Positions 1 to 9,382 of a stretch of 64,000 nt of DNA are shown piece by piece (positions within the stretch are counted from its first letter, which is position 1; every line of letters begins with the position of its first letter). The stretch is taken from positions 23,031-87,030 of the forward strand of contig DATKSZ010000014.1 in assembly GCA_035531375.1 (NCBI GenBank), written 5' to 3'. The DNA is from Terriglobales bacterium (GTDB lineage: Bacteria > Acidobacteriota > Terriglobia > Terriglobales > SCQP01). Below the pieces are notes generated by a model. The model had not been told where the DNA came from. It searched no databases and saw only the letters and a list, made by a program, of their open reading frames with translations. A program made the position numbers and the translations under genes.

Positions 1-447
1 TCCGTAGAAGGCCCGCCGGTGGCTGTAGTCGGCCAGCAGGTGGGTGGGCCCGGCGGGTTGCCAGAGATAGGCCTGCCGCGCCGCCGGGGAGGGCGCGGCG
101 CCCCCGCGCCCGCGCCCGCTGGGCAGCGTCGCCGTGACCGCCGCCGGCGCCTCCGGCGCGCGCCCGCCACCCGGCTGCGCCTGCAAATGGTCGAGGCAGG
201 AGAGCGGATAGGCGGCCAGCGTCATCGCCTCCATCCGGTTGAGCGGCGGCGTCTGCGCCTCCGGCAGCGTTTGCAGAAAGGCCTGCACGCTGTGCGCCGC
301 CGGCGCGGCCAGCGGCGCTGGCGCCGCCGCCAACGGCGATGCCGCGCCCGCGGCCGCCGGCTGCGAACGGCAGCCGGCCAGCGCCAGCCCGGCCAGCGCG
401 GCGGCGAGCGCCAGGGAAGTCCGGCGGAGGCCAAGTCGCTGCTTCAT
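1..447 (-). CDS. Lipoprotein, DUF2891-like (5' part only; continues past the left edge of the window)
   Basis: Own translation of the minus strand from ATG at 447: MKQRLGLRRTSLALAAALAGLALAGCRSQ... This shows a signal peptide plus an LAGC lipobox. It continues ...AAYPLSCLDHLQ...LLADYSHRRAFYG and stays open to position 1. There is an ATGA start/stop overlap with the upstream MFS gene. It is absent from the ORF track because no stop lies inside the window. The family name is from memory of DUF2891 N-terminal motifs and is unverified. Confidence 0.45.
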   Translation of the reverse strand, partial: MKQRLGLRRTSLALAAALAGLALAGCRSQPAAAGAASPLAAAPAPLAAPAAHSVQAFLQTLPEAQTPPLNRMEAMTLAAYPLSCLDHLQAQPGGGRAPEAPAAVTATLPSGRGRGGAAPSPAARQAYLWQPAGPTHLLADYSHRRAFYG

Positions 448-1703
448 TCCAACTCCAGTCCGCGGGTTTCCGGCACCGCGAGCGCGCTGAGGGCGGCCAG
501 GGCGAAGGCAATGCCGCACAGGCCGAAGGCCCAGGCCAGACCATGGGTTTGGCCCAGGCGTCCAATCACGAGCGGAGCGAAGGCGCTCAGCCCGCGGGCG
601 AGGTTGTAGGAGACGCCCAGGGCAGTGGCCCGGATCGGGGTGGGAAACAGCTCGCTGCCCAGGATGCTCGAGCCGGTGAAAAAGCCCGTGCCGAAAAACG
701 CCACCAGCGAGGCCGCCAGCAGGATCGTCAGCGGCGCCCGCGCCCCGGCAAACCACGGGATCAGCAGCGCCGCCAGCGCCAGGTAGGCCACCAGCGTGCG
801 CTTCCGCCCCCAGCGGTCGGCAAACACCCCGAACAAGAGATACCCCGGCAGCATCCCGCCCAGGTTCAGCACGATCAGGAAACTGGTGCTGCCCAGCAGC
901 GCGAACCCCCGCCCCCCCTGCGCCACCGGCAACACCAGGTACGCCGGCAGCCAGGTGAACATCCCCCACCAGGCGAACATCCCGAAGGTGTTCATCGCCA
1001 GCAGCGCCAGCAGCCGCGGCGTGGCCCGCCGCCACAGCCCCGCCCGGTCGGGCGCGGCCTGCGCCTCCCGTTGCCGCTGGCGCCGCCACAGCTCGGGCTC
1101 GGGCACGCGGTGTTGGATCCACAGCGTCGCCAGCGCCGGCAGCACCCCCACGAAAAACACCCAGCGCCAGCCCGCGTGCGCCAGCACCAGCCCCGCCACC
1201 AGCGCCGCCAGGGCATAGCCGATGGCCCAACTGCTCTGCACGATCCCCAGCGCCCGCCCCCGCCACGCCGACGGCCACGTCTCCGCCACCAGCGTCGCCC
1301 CGGTGTTCCACTCCCCGCCCATGCCCAACCCCAGCAGGAAGCGCAGCGTCGCCAGCATGGTGATCGAGGTGGAGAAGCCGCAGGCGAAGGTGAACAGCGA
1401 GTAGGTCAGGATGCTGAGGCTGAGCATCCGCCGCCGCCCATAGCGGTCCGCCAGCAGCCCGAAGATCAGGCTGCCGATGGCGCTGGCGATCAGCGTCAGC
1501 GTGTTGAGCAGCCCGGCGGTGCCCTGGCTCATCCCAAAGGCGGTGATGAGGTGGGTGAGCACCAGCGAGTACAGCATCACGTCGAAGGCGTCCAGCATCC
1601 AGCCCATCCCGGCGGCCACCACGGTGCTCCGCTGGGCGGGGCTGGTGTCCCGCCACCGAAAGGGCGGAGCCGCGGTCGCCGGGTTGGAGCCGGTGGTGGT
1701 CAT
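444..1703 (-). CDS. MFS transporter
   Basis: Track ORF 444..1724. The start was moved to ATG 1703, because the track start is a TTG abutting the upstream stop. The protein is hydrophobic and multi-TM, with an MFS loop signature GLLADRYGRRRML and a second-half repeat. Confidence 0.85.
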   Translation of the reverse strand: MTTTGSNPATAAPPFRWRDTSPAQRSTVVAAGMGWMLDAFDVMLYSLVLTHLITAFGMSQGTAGLLNTLTLIASAIGSLIFGLLADRYGRRRMLSLSILTYSLFTFACGFSTSITMLATLRFLLGLGMGGEWNTGATLVAETWPSAWRGRALGIVQSSWAIGYALAALVAGLVLAHAGWRWVFFVGVLPALATLWIQHRVPEPELWRRQRQREAQAAPDRAGLWRRATPRLLALLAMNTFGMFAWWGMFTWLPAYLVLPVAQGGRGFALLGSTSFLIVLNLGGMLPGYLLFGVFADRWGRKRTLVAYLALAALLIPWFAGARAPLTILLAASLVAFFGTGFFTGSSILGSELFPTPIRATALGVSYNLARGLSAFAPLVIGRLGQTHGLAWAFGLCGIAFALAALSALAVPETRGLELE

Positions 1704-1724
1704 GGGAGCCAGCGCCAAGCGCAA

Positions 1725-4700
1725 CTATTTGCCATCGGGCGGCTTCGGCACCGGCGGTTCCGAGCTGGGCAGGATGGGCCGCGCGCGCACCACCGACCAG
1801 GTCACCCCCTGGGCGGTCTCGCGCTCGCTGCGGGTGATGCGCAGCTTGCCCTGCGCCAGATACTTCAAGTGCACCTCGTCGTAGGCCAGCCCGGCCGAGG
1901 CCACCAGCTTCATGTAGTCGCCGTGCGCGGTCTCGTCCGGCGCCTCGGTGTAGCCCTGGTCCCAGGTCACCGCCGCGTTGGCGCCCGGGCCCGCCATCCC
2001 GCCCCGCCCGGGCCCGGTGGCGCCCTTCAGCGGCATGTAGATGCGGATGCCCTCCACCAGCGGCTGCTGCATGTTGTCCGGCTGGAAGGCCTGGCCCCAG
2101 CGCTGGTAGCGCGCGTTCATGCGCTCCTCCAGCGGCAGCAGCCCCGGCACCTGGCGCTCGGCGTCCACGATGCGGTCGCGCAGCGCGTAGGTCACCGCCT
2201 CCGAGTGGGTGTCGGTGGTGGTGTCGCGCTGGTAGCCCAGGCTGGTGAACCAGCCCCGCGGGATCCACCAGGTGCGGCCGTTGTTGGCCCCGTCGCGGCT
2301 CTGCACCCAGGCGCTGTACTCGCTGAAGGGCTGCACCCACTCGTGCGAGGGATAGCCGTGCGGGTTCAGGAACGCGTCCGGATTCCACTGCTGCAGCAGC
2401 AGCCGGCGCGTGCGCGACTCGGGATACACCGGGTCCACGTCGGCCTGCCCGCTGGAGACGTCCGCCGCCAGCGCCCCGTGGTAGCCCAGGTGCAGCAGGT
2501 TGTCGGGCATGATCTTGGCCTCCATCACCGACAGCTTGGCCCCGTCCGGGTTGTCAATCGGATGCAGCACCACGTTCACCTGCTTCAGGTAGGCGCGCAC
2601 CGCCGGGTCGCTCACCAGCAGCTCCGCCAGCCGCTCCACGTGGCTGGTGCTCGAAACCTCGTTGGCGTGCTGGCGCGCCGAGTAGACGATGGCCGCCTTG
2701 AGCGTGGTCTGCTTCGCCCACGAGATCAGCTTCGACGGTGAGGGCAGCATGAGGTCGGCCACCCAGATCACCTGGCCCAGGTAGCTGCGCCCCATGGAGT
2801 AGACATTGACGCCGGGGTAGGTCGCCAGCCGCGCCAGGATGGCGGCGCTCTGGTTGGGCCCGATCGGCTCCCGCCACTGCACGAAGGGGCGCCCCTGCGG
2901 GTTGAGCGGGATGGGCGCGACCGTGGCGATCTGCGGCCGCGGATGCAGCGGCGGCGCCACCCGCCAGCTCGCCAGCACGCGCCGCTCGGGGGTGCGGAAG
3001 GGCACGCCCAGCGGCCGCGGCAGTTGCAGCTCGATCGCCATGCGCCCCAGGCCGGGGTAGGCCAGCTCGTCCGGATAGAGCCCGGCGGCGTGCATCGCCT
3101 CCAGCGCGCGCAGCTCCCCCTCCGCCTGCTCCACCGTGAACATGCTGCGCTCGAGCTGCTGCCGCCCCGCCAGCTTCTCCCACGCCGCCATGTCGTAGCG
3201 CTGCGCGTCGGCCGGCAGCAGCCAGAGGAGGTCCTCCACCCCGGCCGCGCCCGCCCGCACCCGCGCCCCGATCAGCCGCGGCTGGAACGCTCCCGCCAGC
3301 ACCGGCAGGTTGCGCAGCTTGCTGTGCGCATGCCCCTGCGCGTCGGTCCAGCTCAGCCGCACCAGCGGGTTGGGCGCCGCCTTGCCGTAGAACTCGATGT
3401 GCACCTCCCCGTCCTGGCCGTCCGCGGAGGGGTGCATCACCGGGATGATGCGGCCCACGTAGTTCTCCGGCCGCCCGTTTTTCAGGTCGCCCAGCGTGTC
3501 AATGAAGGTCTCGGTGGCGTAGAAGACGTCCTCCTGCAGCGCCTCGATCGAGGAAATCCGCTCCTTGTCCACCCCGATGTTGTAGTTCGGCTCGGAGAGG
3601 TGAAAGTCCATCTTCAGCGTGTCGAACGGCGGCACGTACTCCGGCCGCAAGTTGCCGTGCGCCTGCGCCATGATGAAGCGGTAGACGCGCGGCAGCGTCA
3701 CCGTCTGGTAGTGGTCCCAGAAGCGCTCGATGTCGGTCGGGATGCGCTGGTCCAGCACCACGCGGCCGCCCTGCGCCAGGCGCACCCAGCCCGTCTCCAC
3801 CTGCACGTCCTCGTAGGAGCGGATCACCCCGCTGTAGGGCTGCATCACCGCCGCCACGGTGAAGTGGCGCGCCAGCAGCAGGCGCCCGCCGGCGTCGTAG
3901 GCGCGCACCTCGTAGGTGGGGCTGGGCGGGTCGTTGGGTGGATCGGCCAGCGCGATCTGCTCCGCCGTCTCCACCGCGGGCGCGGTGTTGATCTCGCGCA
4001 GGTGGATGTCGGCGAGCGGAATTTTGAGCTGCTTCGCCAGCACCTCGTCCACCGGATAGAGCTCCTGCATCCAGCGCGCCGGCGAGTACATGTCGCGCAG
4101 CCCGGTGGCGTCCACGTCCTTGGCCGCCTCGATCTCCAGCCGCGCCACCGGCCGGCCCGCCAGCTCGGGCTCGATCTCGTCCTCCAGCCAGCTATAGCCC
4201 TGCTTGTAGGCGTCCAGCACCTCCACCCGCGTCTGCCCCGGGTCGGCGCCGGCCTGGGTGAGGATGTCGCGCAGTTGCGCCGCCAGCCGCTGCCGCTCCT
4301 GCGGCCCCTCGCTCACGCGGGCGATGAGCGTCGCCGGCTGGCCGCGCTCGAGTTTGGGCGCGGCGCCGCGCACGTCGTTGAGCAGCGTGGTGCCCTCCCA
4401 GGGAATGTGGATGTCCTCGGTGAACACCGGCTTGCCCTGGTGGAAGGGGAACTCGGGGTTGGAGTAATGCAGGTCGGGGTTGGAGGCGCAGCACTGCGTG
4501 CCGGCGCGCAGGCTGGCCGCCTCCACCGTCGCCGGAACATGCAACTCGTCCTGGATCTGGGTGCGCACGAATCCCGCCATCTTCGGGTCCACCAGGTCGG
4601 CATAGAGCTCGGCGTGGACATGGCTCACCGGCCCCGCTTGCGCCGCGATCTGCCCCAGCCAGCGGTGCAGGAAGAACAGCCCCGCCGCCGCCTGCCCCAC

Positions 4701-6122
4701 CCCCGAATGCAGCGAAAAGAACTGGTGCAGGTCGTAGCGGATATCCTCCAGCGAGGTGTGCTGCTTGCCCACCCGCCAGACATTGGGCAGGTGGTCGGCG
4801 GCCAGGTCGAGCGCGGCGGCGGCGCCGCGCTCGTCGCCGCGCACCAGCAGCGCCGCGTGCGCGCCGAAGGCGCGGTCCACCACGCGCAGCTCGCCCTCGC
4901 CCGGAGCCAGCGCGGGCGCGGCCTGGGCGGCGGCGGTGTCTTCGGCCTGCAGTTTCTTCTCCACCGCGCGCGCCAGCGGGCTGTCGCCCGCCACCACCGG
5001 CTGCTCGCTGATCCGGTCCAGGTGGGCGCTGGCAGCGGGCGAGGCCAGCGGCAGCGTCAGGGCGGTGGTCTCCAGCCCCATGCGCGCGGCCAGGTTGGCC
5101 ATCGCCACCCCGGCCGCCCCCGCCGGCACATACAGGTGCGAGGTCAGCGAGGCCGGCACCGGCACCCGCCCGCCCGCGCCGAAGAGGCCGTGGTTGGTGT
5201 ACAGCGTGGCCAAGTCGAGGCCAGCGGGCCCGGCCGCCGCCCCGCCGCCGGGCGCGCCGCGCCCGCCCGCCGCCCCGCTGCCCCCGGGCGCGGCTGCCCC
5301 GCCCGCACGGCCCGCTGCCCGGGCCGCCGGCGCGGGCGGCGCCGGAAAGGTCTGCGGGTGGAACGGCTTGGGGTTGGTCGCGGAGATCGCCGCCCCGCCC
5401 AGTACGAACAATTCATGCACGGCGGCGAGGTGCCCGCCGGCGAACGCCCGTCGCAGCTCGGCCGCCGTCACCGCTCCGCTCGCGCTGAGGTAGGCCTTGA
5501 CGATGCCGGGCTGGCCCGCTTGATAGTCCAGCCCCACCAAGTCGGCGTGGGCGGCGGGCGCGGCGGCATTGACGGCGGCGGCGATGGCGGCCAACTCGTC
5601 CCCGCCCCCCCCCACCTTCCACTGGTAAGGGGCGCGGGCGCTGAAGGCATCGGCCGCGGCGGTCAGTCCGGCCGCGTCGCCCAGCACCAGCAGGTTGTCG
5701 TTGCTGCCCGGCGCCAACTCCACCACCCGCCCCTCGCCTCGCGCCAGGCGGAACCCCCAGGTGCGGGCCGCCCCCGCCTCGGCCGCCGGCACCGCCCCGG
5801 CGCCCACATAGATCGCCGGACCCGCCGCCCCCGCCGGCGCCGCCACCACCAGCGGCGGCGTCAGCCCCAGCGTCCCGTAGGCCAGCCGCGCCGCCAAGTT
5901 GGCCGCCGCCGCGTTCTCGGCCGCGCTGGGCTGCGCCGGCACCACGATGTGGCCGCGGATGGTGTCCGCCAGCCCGTCGTGGTTGGTGTCCTGCAGCATC
6001 CAGCCGGTGGCGAACGCCCGGCTGAAAGCGTCCCCCGCCCCCGTCTTGGCGCGCCCCCGCGGCGCCTGCGCTCCTACCCCCACGATGGCGAACAACACGG
6101 CAATCAACCGGATGCGGCGCAT
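1725..6122 (-). CDS. Large secreted protein (1465 aa) with a C-terminal M14 zinc-carboxypeptidase-like domain
   Basis: Track ORF 1725..6677 trimmed to ATG 6122, which gives the signal peptide MRRIRLIAVLFAIVGVGAQA. The C-terminal region has M14-type motifs: YSARQHANEVSS (HxxE, nt 2658-2669), HPIDNPDG and NPHGYPSHEW. The N-terminal ~1000 aa have no motif I recognise. A Gly/Ala/Pro low-complexity linker lies at aa 259-301 (nt 5220-5348). Confidence 0.8.
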   Translation of the reverse strand: MRRIRLIAVLFAIVGVGAQAPRGRAKTGAGDAFSRAFATGWMLQDTNHDGLADTIRGHIVVPAQPSAAENAAAANLAARLAYGTLGLTPPLVVAAPAGAAGPAIYVGAGAVPAAEAGAARTWGFRLARGEGRVVELAPGSNDNLLVLGDAAGLTAAADAFSARAPYQWKVGGGGDELAAIAAAVNAAAPAAHADLVGLDYQAGQPGIVKAYLSASGAVTAAELRRAFAGGHLAAVHELFVLGGAAISATNPKPFHPQTFPAPPAPAARAAGRAGGAAAPGGSGAAGGRGAPGGGAAAGPAGLDLATLYTNHGLFGAGGRVPVPASLTSHLYVPAGAAGVAMANLAARMGLETTALTLPLASPAASAHLDRISEQPVVAGDSPLARAVEKKLQAEDTAAAQAAPALAPGEGELRVVDRAFGAHAALLVRGDERGAAAALDLAADHLPNVWRVGKQHTSLEDIRYDLHQFFSLHSGVGQAAAGLFFLHRWLGQIAAQAGPVSHVHAELYADLVDPKMAGFVRTQIQDELHVPATVEAASLRAGTQCCASNPDLHYSNPEFPFHQGKPVFTEDIHIPWEGTTLLNDVRGAAPKLERGQPATLIARVSEGPQERQRLAAQLRDILTQAGADPGQTRVEVLDAYKQGYSWLEDEIEPELAGRPVARLEIEAAKDVDATGLRDMYSPARWMQELYPVDEVLAKQLKIPLADIHLREINTAPAVETAEQIALADPPNDPPSPTYEVRAYDAGGRLLLARHFTVAAVMQPYSGVIRSYEDVQVETGWVRLAQGGRVVLDQRIPTDIERFWDHYQTVTLPRVYRFIMAQAHGNLRPEYVPPFDTLKMDFHLSEPNYNIGVDKERISSIEALQEDVFYATETFIDTLGDLKNGRPENYVGRIIPVMHPSADGQDGEVHIEFYGKAAPNPLVRLSWTDAQGHAHSKLRNLPVLAGAFQPRLIGARVRAGAAGVEDLLWLLPADAQRYDMAAWEKLAGRQQLERSMFTVEQAEGELRALEAMHAAGLYPDELAYPGLGRMAIELQLPRPLGVPFRTPERRVLASWRVAPPLHPRPQIATVAPIPLNPQGRPFVQWREPIGPNQSAAILARLATYPGVNVYSMGRSYLGQVIWVADLMLPSPSKLISWAKQTTLKAAIVYSARQHANEVSSTSHVERLAELLVSDPAVRAYLKQVNVVLHPIDNPDGAKLSVMEAKIMPDNLLHLGYHGALAADVSSGQADVDPVYPESRTRRLLLQQWNPDAFLNPHGYPSHEWVQPFSEYSAWVQSRDGANNGRTWWIPRGWFTSLGYQRDTTTDTHSEAVTYALRDRIVDAERQVPGLLPLEERMNARYQRWGQAFQPDNMQQPLVEGIRIYMPLKGATGPGRGGMAGPGANAAVTWDQGYTEAPDETAHGDYMKLVASAGLAYDEVHLKYLAQGKLRITRSERETAQGVTWSVVRARPILPSSEPPVPKPPDGK

Positions 6123-6205
6123 GCTGGCTCCCCTCTGACAATGGCCGCGCGGGCGGCTCGGCCGCCGCCCGCGCGGATGCACGGCTTCGGAGGAAGCAGA
6201 GTTCC

Positions 6206-9157
6206 TCAGAAAGTGAAGTGTACCGCCAATTCCGCCTGCTGCAGTGGCCCCGCCCCGGTCGCCTGGCCCCAACTGCTGGAACGGAGGTTGGTGTTGATGC
6301 CGCTGTAGTTGTAGGTGCCGGCCAGATTGAACACCTGGGCGATCACATCCAGCCGGCGGGTCTCGCCCAGATTGAAGGTGCGCGCGGCGCGCAAATCCAC
6401 CGTGTTCACCCGGCCGTTGGTGAGTATCGCGGCGTCCACCGGCGCCAGCCCCAGGCTGGCGCGGTAGGCGTTTACCGCGGTGTAATCCAGCCCCCGCTGC
6501 CCTTGGTCGCGCGTCGTCCCTGCCACATATTGCAGGCTGCCGTCGGCGTTGCGCGTAGTGGAGTACACGCTGAACGGCTCCGACGAGCGGAAGTCGAAGA
6601 TCGAGCCCAGCGTGATCCCCCACGGCGCCTGGTAGGAGCCGCTCGCCACCAGCGCGTTGCGCCGGTCTATGTTGCACGGCCCCCAGTCCTGGCCATAGTC
6701 GGCGTAGTTGGTCACCAGGCTCTGCGCCCCGTCGTCGGTGCAGCTCGACAGCGTGTAGGAGATCAGGAACTCGTAGCGGCTGCTGAAGCGCCTGTCCGCC
6801 CGGATGTAGAGCGCCTTGTACTTCGACTTCGACATGGGGGTGTGCTGCAGGATGCGGGCAAATTGCGGATAGGGCCGCACCCCGGCGCTATTGGGGTAGT
6901 TCAGGTCCACCACGCGGAAGTCGCGCAGGCTGAGCTCGTATACCCCGTCCACGTGGATGGAGAAGTTGGGCGAGATCTGGCGCGAGTAGCCGGCGTTGTA
7001 CTGCTCGGAATAGGGGTTCTGGAAGTTGGGCGCCAGCACCGTCACCGAGGGCAGCACCGTGGCCGCCGTCTGCCCGGCGGCGAAGGCGCTGGGATAGGAG
7101 GGGCAGGTGGCCTGTCCTGGCTTGGAGCAGGTCAGGCTGACCACGCTCTGCGCCAGATTGCGGTCCTCGGCGAAGTTCTGCAGCGTCTGGATGTTGCCGT
7201 AGTAGATGCCATAGCCCGCCCGCACCACGTTGCGCTGGTCGCCCCGGACGTTCCACGACAAGCCGATGCGCGGCGAGAAGTTGTGCGCGGCGCCGCGCTG
7301 GCTGGGATCGCCCAGGAAGGGGATGGGCTGGGGATAGGCGGCCGGGTTGATGTGTTCGTTGAAGCTGCCATACTCGCGGTCGTAGCGCAGTCCCATGCTG
7401 ACCGTGAGGTTGCGGATGCCGTTCCAGTCGTCGGTCACGAAATAGCTGGTCTGCGCCGTGGGCACCGAGGTCAGCACCGGCGGCACCGTCTGGGTGAACG
7501 CGGTCGGCCCGTAGGCCGGCGTCGCCCCCGCCCCCGGGTAGTAGAGGTTGGCCGCCGAAAAGCTGGCGTTGTTGGGCGCGTTCACCGGGCTCAGCGGCGA
7601 GCTGGGATCGGTGTTGAAGCTGAACGCCCCCTTGATCCCCACCGGCGCGTCGTCGGCGAAGGGAATGTGGGCCACGTCGAAGCCGTATTTGAGGTTGTGG
7701 GCGCCGTGGAAAATGCTGGCGGTGTCGGCGAACTCCCAGTGGCTCTCGATGCCGTCGTCGCCGTAGTCGCTGCCGAAGCTGAAGTCGGGAAACGACAGCG
7801 TGGTGGCGTAGGGGGTGAAGCGGCTGGCCGGATACTGCCCAATCTGCGTCCAGATGCCCTGCCCGCAGGCCTGCGGACATTGGCTCGGCCCCAGCAGGTA
7901 GGCGGCGCGGGCGTACTGGAAGCGGAAGTCGTTGACCAGGGTCGAGCTCAGCGCCCAGGTGTGTCCCACCACCAGCGAGCGCCGCGGCAGCAGGCCGTCG
8001 TAGCCGGCGTTGGGCGAGTTGGCCCCGCCGCAGCCCTGGCAGGTAAGCAGGTTCCACTCCTGCCCCCAGCGCACGAACAGCGTCTGGTCGCTGTTGATCT
8101 GGTAGTCGCCCCGCAGGGTGAGCAGGTCGTCGTGGCCGGGCTGCTTGTACACCCCCTCCCAGGCCCCGAAGATGGCCGGGTCGTTGGTGAACACCGTGTA
8201 GGAGCCTTGCGTCAGGGTGGACTCCCAGGCCCCGAAAAAGTGCAGCTTGTTCTTCAGGATGGGGCCGCCCAGGTCGCCCCCCAGTTGGTTGCGGTCGAGC
8301 GGCGCCTTGCCGGTGTGCTGCGCCTGCTCGGCGGCGATCTGGAAGCTGTTGTCCCGGTTGAGCGACTGGTTGCGCCAGTACTCGAAGAAATCGCCGTGCA
8401 GGTGGTTGGTCCCGCTCTTGGTGACCACGCTCACCGCCCCCCCCGCCGACATGCCTCCCTCGTCCGCCTTGAACTGCGAGCTGTACACCTTGAACTCCGC
8501 TACCGCCCCCTCGGGGAAGTTCTCGCGCGGCTCGCCCATCTCCGCCCAGTTGTTGTTCACCCCGTCCACGGTGAAGCTGTTGGAGTAGTAGTGGCTGCCG
8601 CCGCCGAGCTGCACGTTGTTGTAGAACGAGCGCGAGGCGTCCTGGGTCGTGCCCGGCATCAGCAGGCTGAGGTTGAGGTACTGGCGGTTGGCGATGGGGA
8701 GCTGGTCAATTTGGGTGGAGGTGATCACCCCGGCGACGTTGCTCTTGCTGGTGTCGATCGGCGGAGCCGTGCCGCTCACCTCCACCGTGGCCTGCTGGGC
8801 GGCAAGCTTGAGGGCGTCGTGCCGCTCCAGCACCGTGCCGATCTGCAGCACCAGCCCGGTGACCTCGGTCGTGGCGAAGCCGGTCTTGGCGTAGCGCAGC
8901 GTGTAGGTGCCCAGCGGCAGGTCGGGCAGCAGGTAGCGCCCGTCGGCGCCGGCCTGCACCGTGCGCGCCGCCCCGGTCTGGGTGTTGGTGGCCGTGACCG
9001 TGACCCCGGGCAGGGCCGCCCCGCTGGCGTCGGTGACCCCGCCCTGAATCTGGGCGGTGTCCTGGGCGGAGAGGGCCGAGGCGGCGGGCAGCAGGGCCAG
9101 CAGGGCGAAGCCGGCGGCCAGCGCCAGGCGGGAGGAGCAAAAGCGATGCAGCGTCAT
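6206..9157 (-). CDS. TonB-dependent receptor with N-terminal carboxypeptidase-regulatory-like domain
   Basis: 983-aa ORF with an ATG start. It has a signal peptide followed by QGGVTDASGAALPGVTVTATNTQTGAARTVQAGADGRYLLPDLPLGTYTL, a CarboxypepD_reg-type fold. A long beta-rich barrel follows and ends ...LAVHFTF with a terminal aromatic residue. Confidence 0.9.
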   Translation of the reverse strand: MTLHRFCSSRLALAAGFALLALLPAASALSAQDTAQIQGGVTDASGAALPGVTVTATNTQTGAARTVQAGADGRYLLPDLPLGTYTLRYAKTGFATTEVTGLVLQIGTVLERHDALKLAAQQATVEVSGTAPPIDTSKSNVAGVITSTQIDQLPIANRQYLNLSLLMPGTTQDASRSFYNNVQLGGGSHYYSNSFTVDGVNNNWAEMGEPRENFPEGAVAEFKVYSSQFKADEGGMSAGGAVSVVTKSGTNHLHGDFFEYWRNQSLNRDNSFQIAAEQAQHTGKAPLDRNQLGGDLGGPILKNKLHFFGAWESTLTQGSYTVFTNDPAIFGAWEGVYKQPGHDDLLTLRGDYQINSDQTLFVRWGQEWNLLTCQGCGGANSPNAGYDGLLPRRSLVVGHTWALSSTLVNDFRFQYARAAYLLGPSQCPQACGQGIWTQIGQYPASRFTPYATTLSFPDFSFGSDYGDDGIESHWEFADTASIFHGAHNLKYGFDVAHIPFADDAPVGIKGAFSFNTDPSSPLSPVNAPNNASFSAANLYYPGAGATPAYGPTAFTQTVPPVLTSVPTAQTSYFVTDDWNGIRNLTVSMGLRYDREYGSFNEHINPAAYPQPIPFLGDPSQRGAAHNFSPRIGLSWNVRGDQRNVVRAGYGIYYGNIQTLQNFAEDRNLAQSVVSLTCSKPGQATCPSYPSAFAAGQTAATVLPSVTVLAPNFQNPYSEQYNAGYSRQISPNFSIHVDGVYELSLRDFRVVDLNYPNSAGVRPYPQFARILQHTPMSKSKYKALYIRADRRFSSRYEFLISYTLSSCTDDGAQSLVTNYADYGQDWGPCNIDRRNALVASGSYQAPWGITLGSIFDFRSSEPFSVYSTTRNADGSLQYVAGTTRDQGQRGLDYTAVNAYRASLGLAPVDAAILTNGRVNTVDLRAARTFNLGETRRLDVIAQVFNLAGTYNYSGINTNLRSSSWGQATGAGPLQQAELAVHFTF

Positions 9158-9224
9158 ATGTTTTTTCGATCCTTGGGCGCACCCGACCGCCGCCCGCGCG
9201 CTCCCCGGCGGCGATTCGCGCCAA

Positions 9225-9253
9225 GGTATACTATGCTTTCTTCAATAAGTCAA
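9225..9253 (-). promoter_or_regulatory. Candidate sigma70-type promoter of the TonB-receptor operon (TTGACT-N17-TATACC)
   Basis: The minus strand reads TTGACT tattgaagaaagcatag TATACC. It lies ~60 nt upstream of ATG 9157. The -10 overlaps a GTATAC palindrome core (9226-9231). Confidence 0.4.
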
Positions 9254-9336
9254 TGGACTTTTTTCATGGTCGGCGGCGGCTCACCCCAAATTCGGGAGGA
9301 ACTGCCCTGCTTGCGGCTCCCCCCGGCGCCAGCCCC

Positions 9337-9366
9337 TTGACAGCCGCCGCGTGGACACCGTAGGCT
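9337..9366 (+). promoter_or_regulatory. Candidate sigma70-type promoter of gntR-hyuAB (TTGACA-N18-TAGGCT)
   Basis: A perfect -35 TTGACA lies at 9337-9342. After an 18-nt spacer, TAGGCT lies at 9361-9366, 50 nt upstream of ATG 9417. Confidence 0.4.
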
Positions 9367-9372
9367 GACTAT

Positions 9373-9382
9373 CGGTATACCG
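9373..9382. promoter_or_regulatory. Candidate GntR-family operator, perfect 10-bp palindrome CGGTATACCG
   Basis: The perfect palindrome lies immediately downstream of the predicted -10, at about the TSS position. It shares the GGTATAC core with a site at 9225-9231 on the divergent promoter. GntR/FadR-type operators are typically short GT...AC palindromes. Confidence 0.35.

Noticed and set aside
339-9340. Very long ORFs on the opposite strand or in alternative frames of the real genes. Examples are 339..2741 (800 aa), 2943..6308 (1121 aa) and 6218..9340 (1040 aa), with analogous ones at 21728..24559, 26649..28439, 28430..30613, 44628..46049, 55969..58299, 58751..60613 and 61509..63890.
   Set aside because: These are shadow ORFs expected in very GC-rich DNA, where stop codons are rare. 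Their translations are Arg/Pro/Gly/Ala/His-rich strings without any motif. Each is fully overlapped by an ORF with clear family signatures and gene-like third-position GC.
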